DNA from: Bacteroidales bacterium
Lineage (GTDB): Bacteria > Bacteroidota > Bacteroidia > Bacteroidales > UBA932
Direction: 5' to 3'
Length of the DNA stretch: 64,000 nucleotides
NCBI GenBank assembly: GCA_031550925.1
Contig: JAVBOE010000017.1
Span: 21,384-85,383, forward strand
In this document: positions 54,327 to 63,939 of the stretch, one piece after another
Layout of the letters: each line of letters begins with the position of its first letter
How positions within the stretch are numbered: position 1 is the stretch's first letter
Made by a program: the position numbers and the translations under genes
The notes under the pieces: generated by a model
What the model was told of the DNA's origin: nothing
The model's database searches: none
What the model saw: the letters and a program-made list of their open reading frames with translations, nothing else

Positions 54327-55755
54327 ATCTACCAAACGACTCTCCCTGCTTTTTGTTAGCTTAATAGCCAGCTCTACTATGTTTTTTTCTTGCACCGATG
54401 TAGATAAAACTCTTGGTGTAGGCTTTATACCGGATGGTGAGCAACGTAAGTTTGATACAGTTACTATTTATCCGGATGCATATATGGTAACGATGGATTC
54501 TGTTTATACATCTACGGCCACTACGTTTATGGTTGGGTCTTATTTCGATCCTATATTTGGGCAGGTAACATCAGGAAGCGTATTCCAAGTATTGCCTTCT
54601 TATGATTCAATGAGCTTTGGTACCAATCCTACATACGAGTCTCTTATTCTTCGGCTGACTTTGAATAACTCTCCTTTAGGAGATGAAAATATTGCTCAGA
54701 AAATATCTGTATATGAATTAACGGAACGTATTTATTATGATTCTGCGTATTTTGCTTGTACGCCTCCAATGATAGGAGAGAATCCTGTTGCTATTGCCTC
54801 TACTACATACAATGGAGAAGATACGCTTAACATAGAGCTAGGAGCAACGTTTGCGAATAAGCTACTAAATGCTCCGGCGAGTGCAATGGCTTACAATAAA
54901 GATACCACATATAACTCGCCATTCTTTGACTACATGAAAGGTTTTTATATTGTAGCAGAGCCTATTACAGGGAGCACCGGGCGAATGAATTATTTTTCCC
55001 CATCGGCAGAGCTCTTCTTAACTTATAGTAACGTAGATACAGCCAATGTTACCAGAGTATATAACAATGTATATTCCTACGATTCCTATGGAAATATGTA
55101 CTACTATGCGCAATTTAATACTGTTGACCGAAAATACTCATTGGCAACTAGTCCGGATAGTATTCCGTCTATAAAGCTAAACGATACTACGGCTAACGGA
55201 CTTAACGACAAACTATACATTCAGGGTTTCTTTGGATCAACACCGTATATAAAAATAAAAGCTGAAAAGTTAAACCATTGGTTGGATAGCGTACAGCTTA
55301 ATGTTTCTCAGGCTTCAATCGTTAGGGCAGAGCTGGTAATGGAGCTGGATGACGAGTTTAGCGATTTTGATATTACCAAATATCCCAGCGCGTTGGGAGG
55401 AATGACATTGTTGAATCCATTAGTTACTTATAGCGCTTATTATGGAAATATGTACCACTCGGGATATCTTAGGTCTTTTTACTATGCCTTAAGCTCGTTT
55501 GATGGAGGTCTTAATACGTCTCTAAAAAAATACTCGTTTAACATAACGCATGAGGTATTAGAGCAGCTACGAAAGAAGACTGATTTGGAGTTTTATTTGG
55601 CCCCTTATACGTCTAACTCCAAAGATCCCGCATATAATACACTTTTATATGCGTTAGACCCAAACCAGCTTAAAGCATATAAAGCAATAGTAGGAGGAAC
55701 TACACATGCTACAAAACCTCTTAAGCTGATGATTACTTATGCTAAACCTTACTAG
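54319..55755 (+). CDS. DUF4270 family lipoprotein
   Basis: Lipobox MFFSC. 478 aa. It overlaps the preceding gene by 8 nt. The family call rests on the conserved glgA-like/DUF4270 pairing in Bacteroidetes. Confidence 0.6.
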   Translation: MNKSTKRLSLLFVSLIASSTMFFSCTDVDKTLGVGFIPDGEQRKFDTVTIYPDAYMVTMDSVYTSTATTFMVGSYFDPIFGQVTSGSVFQVLPSYDSMSFGTNPTYESLILRLTLNNSPLGDENIAQKISVYELTERIYYDSAYFACTPPMIGENPVAIASTTYNGEDTLNIELGATFANKLLNAPASAMAYNKDTTYNSPFFDYMKGFYIVAEPITGSTGRMNYFSPSAELFLTYSNVDTANVTRVYNNVYSYDSYGNMYYYAQFNTVDRKYSLATSPDSIPSIKLNDTTANGLNDKLYIQGFFGSTPYIKIKAEKLNHWLDSVQLNVSQASIVRAELVMELDDEFSDFDITKYPSALGGMTLLNPLVTYSAYYGNMYHSGYLRSFYYALSSFDGGLNTSLKKYSFNITHEVLEQLRKKTDLEFYLAPYTSNSKDPAYNTLLYALDPNQLKAYKAIVGGTTHATKPLKLMITYAKPY

Positions 55756-55773
55756 GGGTGATGATATATTGTT

Positions 55774-55803
55774 AAGCGTTAGCCCTTGCTAGCGCTTTTT
55801 TTA
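55774..55803 (+). terminator. Intrinsic terminator after DUF4270 gene
   Basis: Stem aagcgttagc/gctagcgctt (one G-U pair), 4-nt loop, T7 run. Confidence 0.8.
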
Positions 55804-55929
55804 TAGCTTAGTAGCATTATTTGATAGGATTATATAAAGTTCGACAAATAGCTGTATTTATAAATAAGACTGTATGTTGATTTTCAATAAAAGTCTTAGA
55901 ATCTTTAATCTTGGAGCTTATACAATAAT

Positions 55930-56835
55930 ATGAAGTCCGTTTTTTCTACAATAAAAACATATTTTTTGATAACCCTTGGTTGTCTCATTTATGTGTCGGC
56001 ATGGACAGTCTTTCTTATTCCCAATAAGATTGTTGGGGGTGGGGTAAGTGGTATCGCATCATTAATCTACTTTGGTACAGGCGAAGGCTTTCCGGTGAGC
56101 TATACGTTTTTTATCGTTAATGCAATCCTTGTTCTATTCGGGATGAAAAGTCTTGGTAGAGATTTTGGTATAAAAACAGTTTTTTCTATTATTATTGCTA
56201 CGCTTGGCTTTCAATACTTACCCGGAATTTTTAATAGTATAGACCCCAATTTTATTCCTAACCTATCTGAAAATGGACCGTTGACATTAGCCATATTTGG
56301 AGGGATAGTATCGGGAACAGGTGTAGGCATTAGCTTTATGCAAGGCGGTAGTACCGGTGGAACGGACATTGTTGCGTTGATGGTTAATAAACGCTACAAC
56401 GTGAGTCCCGGAAAGGTTATTGCCTATATTGACTTTATTATTATAGGTAGCTCGTTTCTCCTTTTTCAGGATATCACTAAGGTTATATACGGATATGTGC
56501 AGTTAGGGGTGATGAGCTTTGCGCTCGATTGGATTTTATCGGGTTCAAAACAATCGGTACAGATTTTTATTTTTTCGAAGAAGTATGATGAAATTGCCGA
56601 TAAAATTACAACAGAGGCGCATAGAGGTGTTTCGGTGCTTAACGCAACCGGATGGTTTACCAAAGAAGACAATAAAGTACTGATGATACTTGCCCGTAAG
56701 TACGAAGCAAATAATATATACCGTATTATTAAAAGTATAGATAAGGAGGCCTTTATTTCTGTGGGTTCGGTTATGGGCGTTTATGGTAAAGGGTTTGAAC
56801 AAATGAAAATAGCAAAGAAGAAAAAGAAGTTCTGA
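55930..56835 (+). CDS. YitT family membrane protein (DUF2179 C-terminal domain)
   Basis: Five to six TM helices followed by a soluble C-terminal domain. GGGVSGIA motif. Confidence 0.75.
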   Translation: MKSVFSTIKTYFLITLGCLIYVSAWTVFLIPNKIVGGGVSGIASLIYFGTGEGFPVSYTFFIVNAILVLFGMKSLGRDFGIKTVFSIIIATLGFQYLPGIFNSIDPNFIPNLSENGPLTLAIFGGIVSGTGVGISFMQGGSTGGTDIVALMVNKRYNVSPGKVIAYIDFIIIGSSFLLFQDITKVIYGYVQLGVMSFALDWILSGSKQSVQIFIFSKKYDEIADKITTEAHRGVSVLNATGWFTKEDNKVLMILARKYEANNIYRIIKSIDKEAFISVGSVMGVYGKGFEQMKIAKKKKKF

Positions 56836-56854
56836 TTTGTAAATAATATCGAAG

Positions 56855-58174
56855 ATGAAGAAAAAAAGTATAATACTACTTGCAGCGGCTATAGTAGCTA
56901 TTGTAGCAGGAGTTGCAGTATGGCAGCTTTGTTTTAATACGCCAAAAGAAGAAGTTGTAGAACCCATTGTTATTATCGAAGAACCGATAATCTTAGAATA
57001 TGGAATTCCTATTGATTCGTTTGATATTACGGATGGAGTTATAAAGCAAGGGCAGGTTCTTTCTCAGATATTCGCGTCTCATGGAGCAACTGCTTCTAAT
57101 ATCTCGCAGCTATCGTTGCTGACGAGAGAAGACTTCGATTTTCGTACAATAAGGGCTGGTAATGGCTATAAGGTTTTTTGCTTACCCGATTCTACCCAAA
57201 CATTATGCTATTTTGTTTATGAACAATCTCCGGTAAAGTATGCCATCTTTCATTTAAGAGATACATTTAAGATAGAATATGGAGAAAAGCCGCTTACGGT
57301 AGAACGTAAGCTGAGCGAGGCAACCATCAATACCTCGTTGTGGAATGCTGTTGCCGATAGCGGTATCAATCGCACGTTATCGTTAGATTTATCGGATGTC
57401 TATGCCTGGTCTATAGATTTTTTCGGACTTCAAAAAGGAGACAACTTTACAGCCATTTACGACGAACGATTCGTTAACGACACGGTTACTATGGGCATAG
57501 ACCATATATATGCCGCCCGTTTTAACCATGCAAAAAAAGATTATTACGCATTTTATTTTGTGCAAGACAGCATTGGCAGCTATTTCGATGAGCAAGGTAA
57601 TAGCCTTAAGAAAGCGTTTCTGAAAGCACCTTTAAAGTTCTCTCGTATATCCTCGCATTTTACGTATGCGCGCAAGCATCCTATTCTAAAAATTGTTCGA
57701 CCCCATACAGGGGTTGACTATGCTGCACCTGCCGGAACACCTGTAATGTCTATCGGAGACGGTACGGTTGTTGAAAAGCGATACACAAGCGGCGGTGGCA
57801 ATACGGTAAAGATTAAGCATAATAGCATCTATACTTCGGCATACTTGCATTTACAAGGATATGGAAAAGGAATAGCGGTTGGTAGCCGTGTAAGTCAGGG
57901 GCAGGTAATCGGATATGTTGGTAGCACAGGCCTTTCAACAGGACCACACCTCGATTTCAGAGTGTGGAAGGGTGGATCGCCTATTAATCCGTTAACTATG
58001 GAATCCCCGCCGGTAGAGCCGGTAAAAGAAGAAAATAGGGCTGCTTACGATTCTTTGGTAAATGTATGGACAACTAGATTAAATAGAGAAATAGACTTTA
58101 AGGATAAAGAAACATTTACTCATCCTATTTTCCCAACAATAGAAATAGAGTTACCCGAACCGGCAAAAGAGTAA
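56855..58174 (+). CDS. M23 family murein endopeptidase (MepM/Csd3-like)
   Basis: TM anchor. LytM motifs HTGVDYAAPAGTPV and GSTGLSTGPHLDFRV. Confidence 0.85.
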   Translation: MKKKSIILLAAAIVAIVAGVAVWQLCFNTPKEEVVEPIVIIEEPIILEYGIPIDSFDITDGVIKQGQVLSQIFASHGATASNISQLSLLTREDFDFRTIRAGNGYKVFCLPDSTQTLCYFVYEQSPVKYAIFHLRDTFKIEYGEKPLTVERKLSEATINTSLWNAVADSGINRTLSLDLSDVYAWSIDFFGLQKGDNFTAIYDERFVNDTVTMGIDHIYAARFNHAKKDYYAFYFVQDSIGSYFDEQGNSLKKAFLKAPLKFSRISSHFTYARKHPILKIVRPHTGVDYAAPAGTPVMSIGDGTVVEKRYTSGGGNTVKIKHNSIYTSAYLHLQGYGKGIAVGSRVSQGQVIGYVGSTGLSTGPHLDFRVWKGGSPINPLTMESPPVEPVKEENRAAYDSLVNVWTTRLNREIDFKDKETFTHPIFPTIEIELPEPAKE

Positions 58175-58180
58175 ACTCTT

Positions 58181-58209
58181 GTCATTTCGAGCGAAGCGAG
58201 AAATGACGC
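58181..58209 (+). repeat. Family-B motif gtcatttcgagcgaagcgagaaatgacgc (small hairpin)
   Basis: tttcgagcgaagcgagaaat equals the reverse complement of 31499-31518. Related fragments occur at 37277-37296 and 51101-51117. Confidence 0.75.
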
Positions 58210-58251
58210 TATGTCCTTGTTCTTTTATCCTTGTTCTTTGCTCTGTCTCTA

Positions 58252-59355
58252 TTACACATTAAAACGGAAATGCATAATGTCTCCGTCTTGCACTACATAT
58301 TCTTTACCCTCTACAGCCATTTTTCCCGCTTCTTTTACGGCGGCTTCAGAACCTAGCTCAATGTAATCGTTGTACTTTATTACTTCGGCACGGATGAAAC
58401 CTTTTTCAAAGTCGGTATGAATAACAGCAGCTGCTTGCGGTGCTTTAGTTCCTTTAGGGTATGTCCATGCGCGAACCTCTTGAACTCCTGCTGTAAAGTA
58501 CGTTTCAAGATCTAACAATGCGTATGCCGCTTTTATAAGACGAGATACACCTGATTCTTTTAAGCCTACTTCCTCTAAAAACATCTGGCGTTCCTCGTAG
58601 GTCTCCAGCTCCGCAATTTCAGATTCTGTTTTTGCAGCAACAACAAGTATGTCTGCGCCTTCATTTTTTATTGCTTCACGAACCATTTCTACATACTTGT
58701 TTCCGCTTACGGCGCTTGCCTCATCTACGTTACAGACGTAAAGCACAGGTTTATCGGTAAGCAGAAATAAATCATTTGCCAGCTTTTGGTCTTCTTTATT
58801 ATCCAGCTTAATAGTGCGCGCAGACTTGCCTTGTTCTAATGCAGACTTATACTGAACAAGAATATCATAAAGGCGTTTAGCCATCTTATCTCCGCCTGTT
58901 TGTGCCTGCTTTTGTACTTTTGATATGCGAGCTTCAACCGTTTCCAAATCTTTTAGCTGAAGTTCGGTATCTATAATTTCCTTATCACGAACAGGGTTAA
59001 CCGAGCCGTCTACGTGGGTTACGTTTTCGTCATCAAAGCAGCGAAGAACGTGCAGAATAGCATCTGTTTCACGAATGTTGGCAAGAAACTTATTTCCTAA
59101 ACCTTCGCCTTTACTTGCACCTTTTACCAGTCCGGCAATGTCAACTATCTCTACCGATGTGGGAACAATACGTTGAGGCTTTACCAGTTCGGCAAGTATA
59201 GTCAACCGTTCATCGGGAACGGTGATAACGCCAACGTTAGGTTCGATAGTACAAAATGGAAAATTTGCCGCCTGTGCTCTCGCATTAGACAAGCAGTTGA
59301 ATAAGGTTGACTTGCCCACGTTTGGAAGTCCTACAATACCGCACTGAAGTGCCAT
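58252..59355 (-). CDS. ychF: Redox-regulated ribosome-binding ATPase YchF
   Basis: [16 protein letters not shown]-loop. 367 aa with a C-terminal TGS-like domain. Confidence 0.95.
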   Translation of the reverse strand: MALQCGIVGLPNVGKSTLFNCLSNARAQAANFPFCTIEPNVGVITVPDERLTILAELVKPQRIVPTSVEIVDIAGLVKGASKGEGLGNKFLANIRETDAILHVLRCFDDENVTHVDGSVNPVRDKEIIDTELQLKDLETVEARISKVQKQAQTGGDKMAKRLYDILVQYKSALEQGKSARTIKLDNKEDQKLANDLFLLTDKPVLYVCNVDEASAVSGNKYVEMVREAIKNEGADILVVAAKTESEIAELETYEERQMFLEEVGLKESGVSRLIKAAYALLDLETYFTAGVQEVRAWTYPKGTKAPQAAAVIHTDFEKGFIRAEVIKYNDYIELGSEAAVKEAGKMAVEGKEYVVQDGDIMHFRFNV

Positions 59356-59385
59356 AGCTTACTTATGTTTTTACGTTTCGGGGGG

Positions 59386-59393
59386 CAAAGGTA
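59386..59393 (-). promoter_or_regulatory. -7 box TACCTTTG upstream of ychF
   Basis: Perfect TAnnTTTG on the minus strand, 31 nt upstream of ATG 59355. It lies immediately downstream of the E2 hairpin and T-run. Confidence 0.5.
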
Positions 59394-59404
59394 CAGAAAA
59401 AAAG

Positions 59405-59488
59405 CCCACCCTAACCCTCCCGGAGGGAGGGGATTGGTTTTTTCGTCGATTAGAGCTCCCTCTCTTTTGGAGAGGGTTGGGGAGAGGC
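59405..59488. repeat. Two family-E GC-rich hairpin elements (59405-59437 and 59455-59488)
   Basis: ccctccc-gga-gggaggg followed by ccctctc-ttttg-gagaggg plus ttggggagagg. The second overlaps the 3' end of the HD-domain CDS. The first, on the minus strand, is followed by gggcttttttt and so resembles a terminator. Confidence 0.85.
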
Positions 59489-60718
59489 TTTCGGATAACA
59501 CAAAATATACTTGCGGGTTACCTTTGAAAAAGCAACAGCTTCTAAGATATCCGAAACTTCTGTAACGTCTTTCAGCTCTCCGTTGTTGAATAGAATTTTT
59601 ATGGGATTGTCGCTTTTTGCGTATGCCTTATTGCTAACATCGGTGTGTGTTACAAAGTAGCTGATGTTGTTTTCTGATATGGACAGCCGCTTCTGTACTT
59701 TTTGCTTTTCTTCGTTTACCCTTTTCTCGCTGAATGGTTCGTTGCTCATTTCAACTCTGAATAGCTTTCGCGAAAGCAAGGATTGACAAAGGTCTGATAG
59801 CACCTTGTCATGATGATTTGCCCAAACCGATATGGCGCAATCAACATCGGCATCGGTAAGCTGTGCAAAGTGTTTTAGTGGACAATCTGGAGAATTATCT
59901 ATACAGCGAAATTCTTCAATAGTAAAGGCATTATGTAAAAAGAAATCCAGCGAAGGCGACGCGAAAAGTTGCTCTCCTTCACGAACCAGCTCTTTAGCTC
60001 GTTGCAGTATTTTTATGAGCAGCTGTTCTGCCGCTATTACGGTTTTATGAAGGTAAACCTGCCAATACATGAGGTGGCGCGAAATGAGAAACTTCTCGAT
60101 AGAGTAGATGGCTTTTGCTTCCACAACCAACTCGCCATCGCTCACGTTCAGCATTTTTATTATACGTTCGAGCCCAATCATACCCTCTGCAACACCGGAG
60201 AAAAAGCTGTCGCGACTCAGGTAGTCAAGCCTGTCAACATCAAGTTGGCTAGATACTAGCTGATGTAAAAACCGTTTGTAATATGAGCCGTTAAAAATCT
60301 GCAAAGCCATATCCAGTCGTCCGTTGAGCTGCCTGTTCAGCTCGTTCATTAGTAGTAGCGACAGCTCTTCATGGTCTATATTTTCAACAATGCTGTATTC
60401 CAGCGTATGGCTGAAAGGCCCGTGCCCAATGTCATGTAGCAGAATGGCACATTGAGCCGCCTCTTTTTCTTCGTCAGTAATTATGTGCCCCTTGGATTGT
60501 AGAGCTTCTATAGCTTGTGTCATTAAATGCATTGCGCCTAACGCATGTTGAAAGCGGTTATGGCACGCGCCCGGATATACTAGGTAAGTCAGTCCGGTTT
60601 GTTTTATGTTACGCAAACGTTGCATATATGGATGAGCAATCAGCTCATAAGCCATATTTGCCGGTATGTTAATAAACCCATGAACTGGGTCGTTGATGAT
60701 TTTTTGCTTGGGATACAT
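59450..60718 (-). CDS. HD-domain phosphohydrolase (dGTPase/SAMHD1-like superfamily)
   Basis: INDPVHGFI, RFQHALGAMHL, LLHDIGHGPFSH (HD motif), DVDRLDYLSRD. The last roughly 12 codons (ASPQPSPKEREL) and the stop are encoded by repeat E2b. Confidence 0.8.
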   Translation of the reverse strand: MYPKQKIINDPVHGFINIPANMAYELIAHPYMQRLRNIKQTGLTYLVYPGACHNRFQHALGAMHLMTQAIEALQSKGHIITDEEKEAAQCAILLHDIGHGPFSHTLEYSIVENIDHEELSLLLMNELNRQLNGRLDMALQIFNGSYYKRFLHQLVSSQLDVDRLDYLSRDSFFSGVAEGMIGLERIIKMLNVSDGELVVEAKAIYSIEKFLISRHLMYWQVYLHKTVIAAEQLLIKILQRAKELVREGEQLFASPSLDFFLHNAFTIEEFRCIDNSPDCPLKHFAQLTDADVDCAISVWANHHDKVLSDLCQSLLSRKLFRVEMSNEPFSEKRVNEEKQKVQKRLSISENNISYFVTHTDVSNKAYAKSDNPIKILFNNGELKDVTEVSDILEAVAFSKVTRKYILCYPKASPQPSPKEREL

Positions 60719-60783
60719 TAGTTATGCGTTCAAATTGAGAGCAAGGTAAGGAATTTTTGGGAATAGTTTTTTCTACATCATTC

Positions 60784-60901
60784 CACCTCACCCCTCATTC
60801 CCCTCTCCCAAGGAGAGGGGACGAATACACAGTTAAAACGGTGTGCGTTTACCTTCCAAGCCTGTTCCCCTCTCCTTGGGAGAGGGGTTAGGGGTGAGGT
60901 G
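60784..60901. mobile_element. Family-E composite palindromic (MITE-like) element, 118 bp, about 37-bp imperfect terminal inverted repeats
   Basis: The ends are cacctcacccct...aggggtgaggtg. Each arm holds a 9-bp hairpin: cccctctcc-caa-ggagagggg, and the inverse with loop ttg. The arms share identical 12-nt and 22-nt blocks. Confidence 0.8.
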
Positions 60902-60915
60902 TTGTCGTAGCCTGT

Positions 60916-60947
60916 CCTCCCTCCTTTGGAGGGAGCTAGAGGGAGGT
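60916..60947. repeat. Family-E-like hairpin cctccctcc-ttt-ggagggag plus ctagagggagg
   Basis: GC-rich hairpin directly after the composite element, about 60 nt upstream of the leuS ATG. Confidence 0.7.
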
Positions 60948-61007
60948 CCCTTTGTCCTTCCACCCAAATTCACTATCTTCGCATTCATTTTTTAAGTATA
61001 AGAAGGC

Positions 61008-63776
61008 ATGGAATACAATTTTCCCGAAATTGAGAAAAAATGGCAGCTGCGTTGGATTGCCGATAAGACCTATAAGGTTACCGAAGATACATCAAAACCG
61101 AAATATTATGTGCTCGATATGTTCCCTTATCCATCAGGAGCAGGCTTGCATGTAGGGCATCCGCTGGGATATATCGCATCGGATATATACAGCCGGTATA
61201 AACATCTCAAGGGGTTCAACGTGCTTCATCCTATGGGATACGATGCTTTCGGACTTCCGGCAGAACAGTACGCCATTCAAACGGGACAACATCCGGCAAT
61301 CACTACCGAAAAAAATATACAGCGCTATCGTGAGCAAATGGATAAGCTGGGCTTCTCCTACGATTGGAGCCGCGAACTCCGTACTTGCGACCCCTCATAC
61401 TACCATTGGACACAGTGGGCGTTTATTCAAATGTTCAACTCTTACTACTGTTATGATGAACAGCAGGCAAGGCCTATAGCCGAACTTATCAGTGTGTTTG
61501 AGCAGCAGGGAACGAAAGACCTCAATATTGCACATACCGAGGAACTATACTTTACAGCCGATGAGTGGAAAGCGAAAAGCGAAAAAGAGCAACAAGAAAT
61601 TCTGTTGAACTATCGTATAGCCTACAAGGGAAATACAATGGTGAACTGGTGTTCTGCCTTGGGAACCGTGCTGGCTAACGATGAAGTAAGCGAAGGCTTG
61701 TCTATTCGCGGCGGTTATCCTGTGGAGCAAAAGATGATGAGCCAATGGTGCTTGCGTGTATCGGCATACGCTCAACGATTGCTTGAAGGTCTTGATACCA
61801 TTGATTGGACAGATGCGCTAAAGGAAACGCAGCGCAACTGGATTGGGAGAAGTGAGGGAGCTGAGATACACCTCCCCCCTGCCCCCTCCCAAGGATGGGG
61901 CAGGGGGGAGGTGGTAGTTTTCACCACCCGTCCCGATACCATCTTCGGCGTAACCTTTATGGTACTTGCACCCGAGAGCGAATATGTTTCTCAACTAGTA
62001 ACTACAGAGCAAAAAACAGAGGTAGATAAATACCTTGAGGCTGTTAAACGCCGTACCGAGCGCGAGCGTATTGCAGACAGAAAAGTAACAGGTGTATTCA
62101 CGGGTTCATACGCTATCAACCCATTGAGTAACGAAGAGATTCCGATTTGGATTTCGGATTATGTATTGGCAGGCTATGGAACAGGTGCTATTATGGCTGT
62201 TCCAGGTCACGATAGCCGCGACTATGCCTTTGCTAAACACTTTAACCTGCCTATTATTCCGCTGATTGAAGGGTGTGATATATCTGAAGAAAGCTTCGAT
62301 GCCAAAGAAGGTATTATGATGAATTCGGGCTTCTTGAATGGCCTAACAGTAAAGGAAGCCATAGAAAAGACAAAGCAGTATATTGCCGAAAATGAGTTGG
62401 GTCGGGTTAAGGTAAACTACCGTTTGCGCGATGCTATCTTCAGTCGTCAACGCTATTGGGGAGAACCATTTCCGGTGTACTATAAGGATGGAATTCCTTA
62501 CATGGTGGATGAGAAAGATTTACCCATACAGCTTCCCGAAGTGGATAAGTTTTTGCCTACTGAAACGGGCGAACCGCCATTGGGTCGTGCAAAGGACTGG
62601 ACCTACAAAGGCTATCCGCTGGAGTTAAGTACCATGCCGGGTTTTGCAGGCTCGTCGGCATACTATCTGCGTTATATGGATCCGCATAACAGTAAGGAGT
62701 TGGTTTCTAAACAAGCCGATGAATACTGGCAGGATGTTGACCTTTACATTGGAGGCACAGAGCATGCTACGGGCCACTTGGTGTATAGCCGTTTCTGGAA
62801 TAAGTTTCTGTTCGACCTTGGTATCGCTTGCAAAGACGAACCATTTAAAAAGCTGGTTAACCAAGGAATGATACAGGGTCGGTCTAACTTTGTGTACCGT
62901 ATAAAGGGTACGAATAAGTACGTATCGCATGGATTGAAAGACCAGTATGATACTACAGAGATTCATGTTGATGTAAATATTGTAGAAAACGACATACTTG
63001 ATATAGAGAAATGGCGTGAATGGTCGCCCGAATATAAGGATGCCGAGCTGATACTAGAAAACGGTAAGTACGTTTGTGGTTGGGCGGTTGAGAAGATGTC
63101 GAAATCATACTACAACGTGGTTAACCCCGATGTTATGGTTGAGCGTTATGGTGCAGATACATTACGCATGTACGAAATGTTCTTGGGGCCATTAGAGCAA
63201 TCAAAACCTTGGGACACTAAGGGTATAGATGGCGTACATCGTTTCTTGCGTAAGTTTTGGCGCTTGTTCCACGATGATAAAAATGTATTGAATGTATCTG
63301 AAGACAAAGCAACAGACAAAGAGCTGAAAGTTCTTCATAAGACGATAAAGAAGGTACAGCAAGACATTGAAACCTTCTCGTTCAATACTGCCGTCAGCGC
63401 ATTTATGATTTGCGTAAACGAGTTGGGAGACCTGAAGTGTAACAAGCGCGAAATTCTTGAACCGCTAACTATACTGCTTTCTTCTTTTGCACCTCACATC
63501 TGCGAGGAGTTGTGGGAGATGCTAGGACATAAAACAAGCATAACTAAGGCGCAATTCCCCGAGCTAAACGAGAACTATCTGGTAGAAGATACGTTTGAGT
63601 ATCCGGTATCATTCAACGGTAAAATGAGGTTTAAAAAAGCCCTTCCGTTATCGCTTACCTCTGCCGAGGTGGAGAAAGAGGTAATGACAGATGAAAATAC
63701 AGCACGTTGGCTTGAGGGTAAAACACCCAAAAAGATAGTTGTTGTAGTTGGAAAGATTGTAAATATTGTGATGTAG
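61008..63776 (+). CDS. leuS: Leucine--tRNA ligase
   Basis: HVGH (HIGH) motif, [18 protein letters not shown] (CP1 editing domain), KMSKS. Confidence 0.97.
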   Translation: MEYNFPEIEKKWQLRWIADKTYKVTEDTSKPKYYVLDMFPYPSGAGLHVGHPLGYIASDIYSRYKHLKGFNVLHPMGYDAFGLPAEQYAIQTGQHPAITTEKNIQRYREQMDKLGFSYDWSRELRTCDPSYYHWTQWAFIQMFNSYYCYDEQQARPIAELISVFEQQGTKDLNIAHTEELYFTADEWKAKSEKEQQEILLNYRIAYKGNTMVNWCSALGTVLANDEVSEGLSIRGGYPVEQKMMSQWCLRVSAYAQRLLEGLDTIDWTDALKETQRNWIGRSEGAEIHLPPAPSQGWGRGEVVVFTTRPDTIFGVTFMVLAPESEYVSQLVTTEQKTEVDKYLEAVKRRTERERIADRKVTGVFTGSYAINPLSNEEIPIWISDYVLAGYGTGAIMAVPGHDSRDYAFAKHFNLPIIPLIEGCDISEESFDAKEGIMMNSGFLNGLTVKEAIEKTKQYIAENELGRVKVNYRLRDAIFSRQRYWGEPFPVYYKDGIPYMVDEKDLPIQLPEVDKFLPTETGEPPLGRAKDWTYKGYPLELSTMPGFAGSSAYYLRYMDPHNSKELVSKQADEYWQDVDLYIGGTEHATGHLVYSRFWNKFLFDLGIACKDEPFKKLVNQGMIQGRSNFVYRIKGTNKYVSHGLKDQYDTTEIHVDVNIVENDILDIEKWREWSPEYKDAELILENGKYVCGWAVEKMSKSYYNVVNPDVMVERYGADTLRMYEMFLGPLEQSKPWDTKGIDGVHRFLRKFWRLFHDDKNVLNVSEDKATDKELKVLHKTIKKVQQDIETFSFNTAVSAFMICVNELGDLKCNKREILEPLTILLSSFAPHICEELWEMLGHKTSITKAQFPELNENYLVEDTFEYPVSFNGKMRFKKALPLSLTSAEVEKEVMTDENTARWLEGKTPKKIVVVVGKIVNIVM
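61869..61913 (+). repeat. Family-E palindromic element inside leuS, in frame (15 codons)
   Basis: Perfect 17-nt arms cacctcccccctgcccc/ggggcaggggggaggtg with the 11-nt loop ctcccaaggat. It begins on codon 288 and is translated as [15 protein letters not shown]. Confidence 0.85.
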
Positions 63777-63818
63777 CAAAAAAGTACGATATGCGTATTG
63801 CGTATAGTGATATGCGAA

Positions 63819-63868
63819 AAAGACAAAAGAGCAAAAATCCTTATTTGGGTTTTTGCTCTTTTGTCTTT
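63819..63868. terminator. Bidirectional intrinsic terminator after leuS
   Basis: 22-bp stem aaagacaaaagagcaaaaatcc/gggtttttgctcttttgtcttt (1 mismatch) with a 6-nt loop. Confidence 0.75.
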
Positions 63869-63939
63869 CAGTCTTTAGCTTACACTCGATATGAAATAAT
63901 CTTTTATCGCAATACTCATATCACATATCGTGAAATATT

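Noticed and set aside
59365-59565. 66-aa plus-strand ORF, with similar ORFs at 40119-40367, 60778-60963 and 60952-61155
   Set aside because: All are created by reading through GC-rich family-E repeats (PNPPGGRG, PSPWERGMRGEV) and overlap real genes or promoters. There is no independent coding signal.
59450-60718. HD-domain dGTPase-like protein as an anti-phage dNTP-depletion defence gene
   Set aside because: It is a single gene between ychF and leuS in a housekeeping context with no defence-island neighbours. The architecture fits the conserved Bacteroidetes housekeeping HD hydrolase.
60719-61007. T-box or attenuator leader for leuS
   Set aside because: The structured sequence there belongs to a dispersed repeat family also found at unrelated loci. 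There is no specifier or T-box motif, and T-box control is not expected in Bacteroidota.
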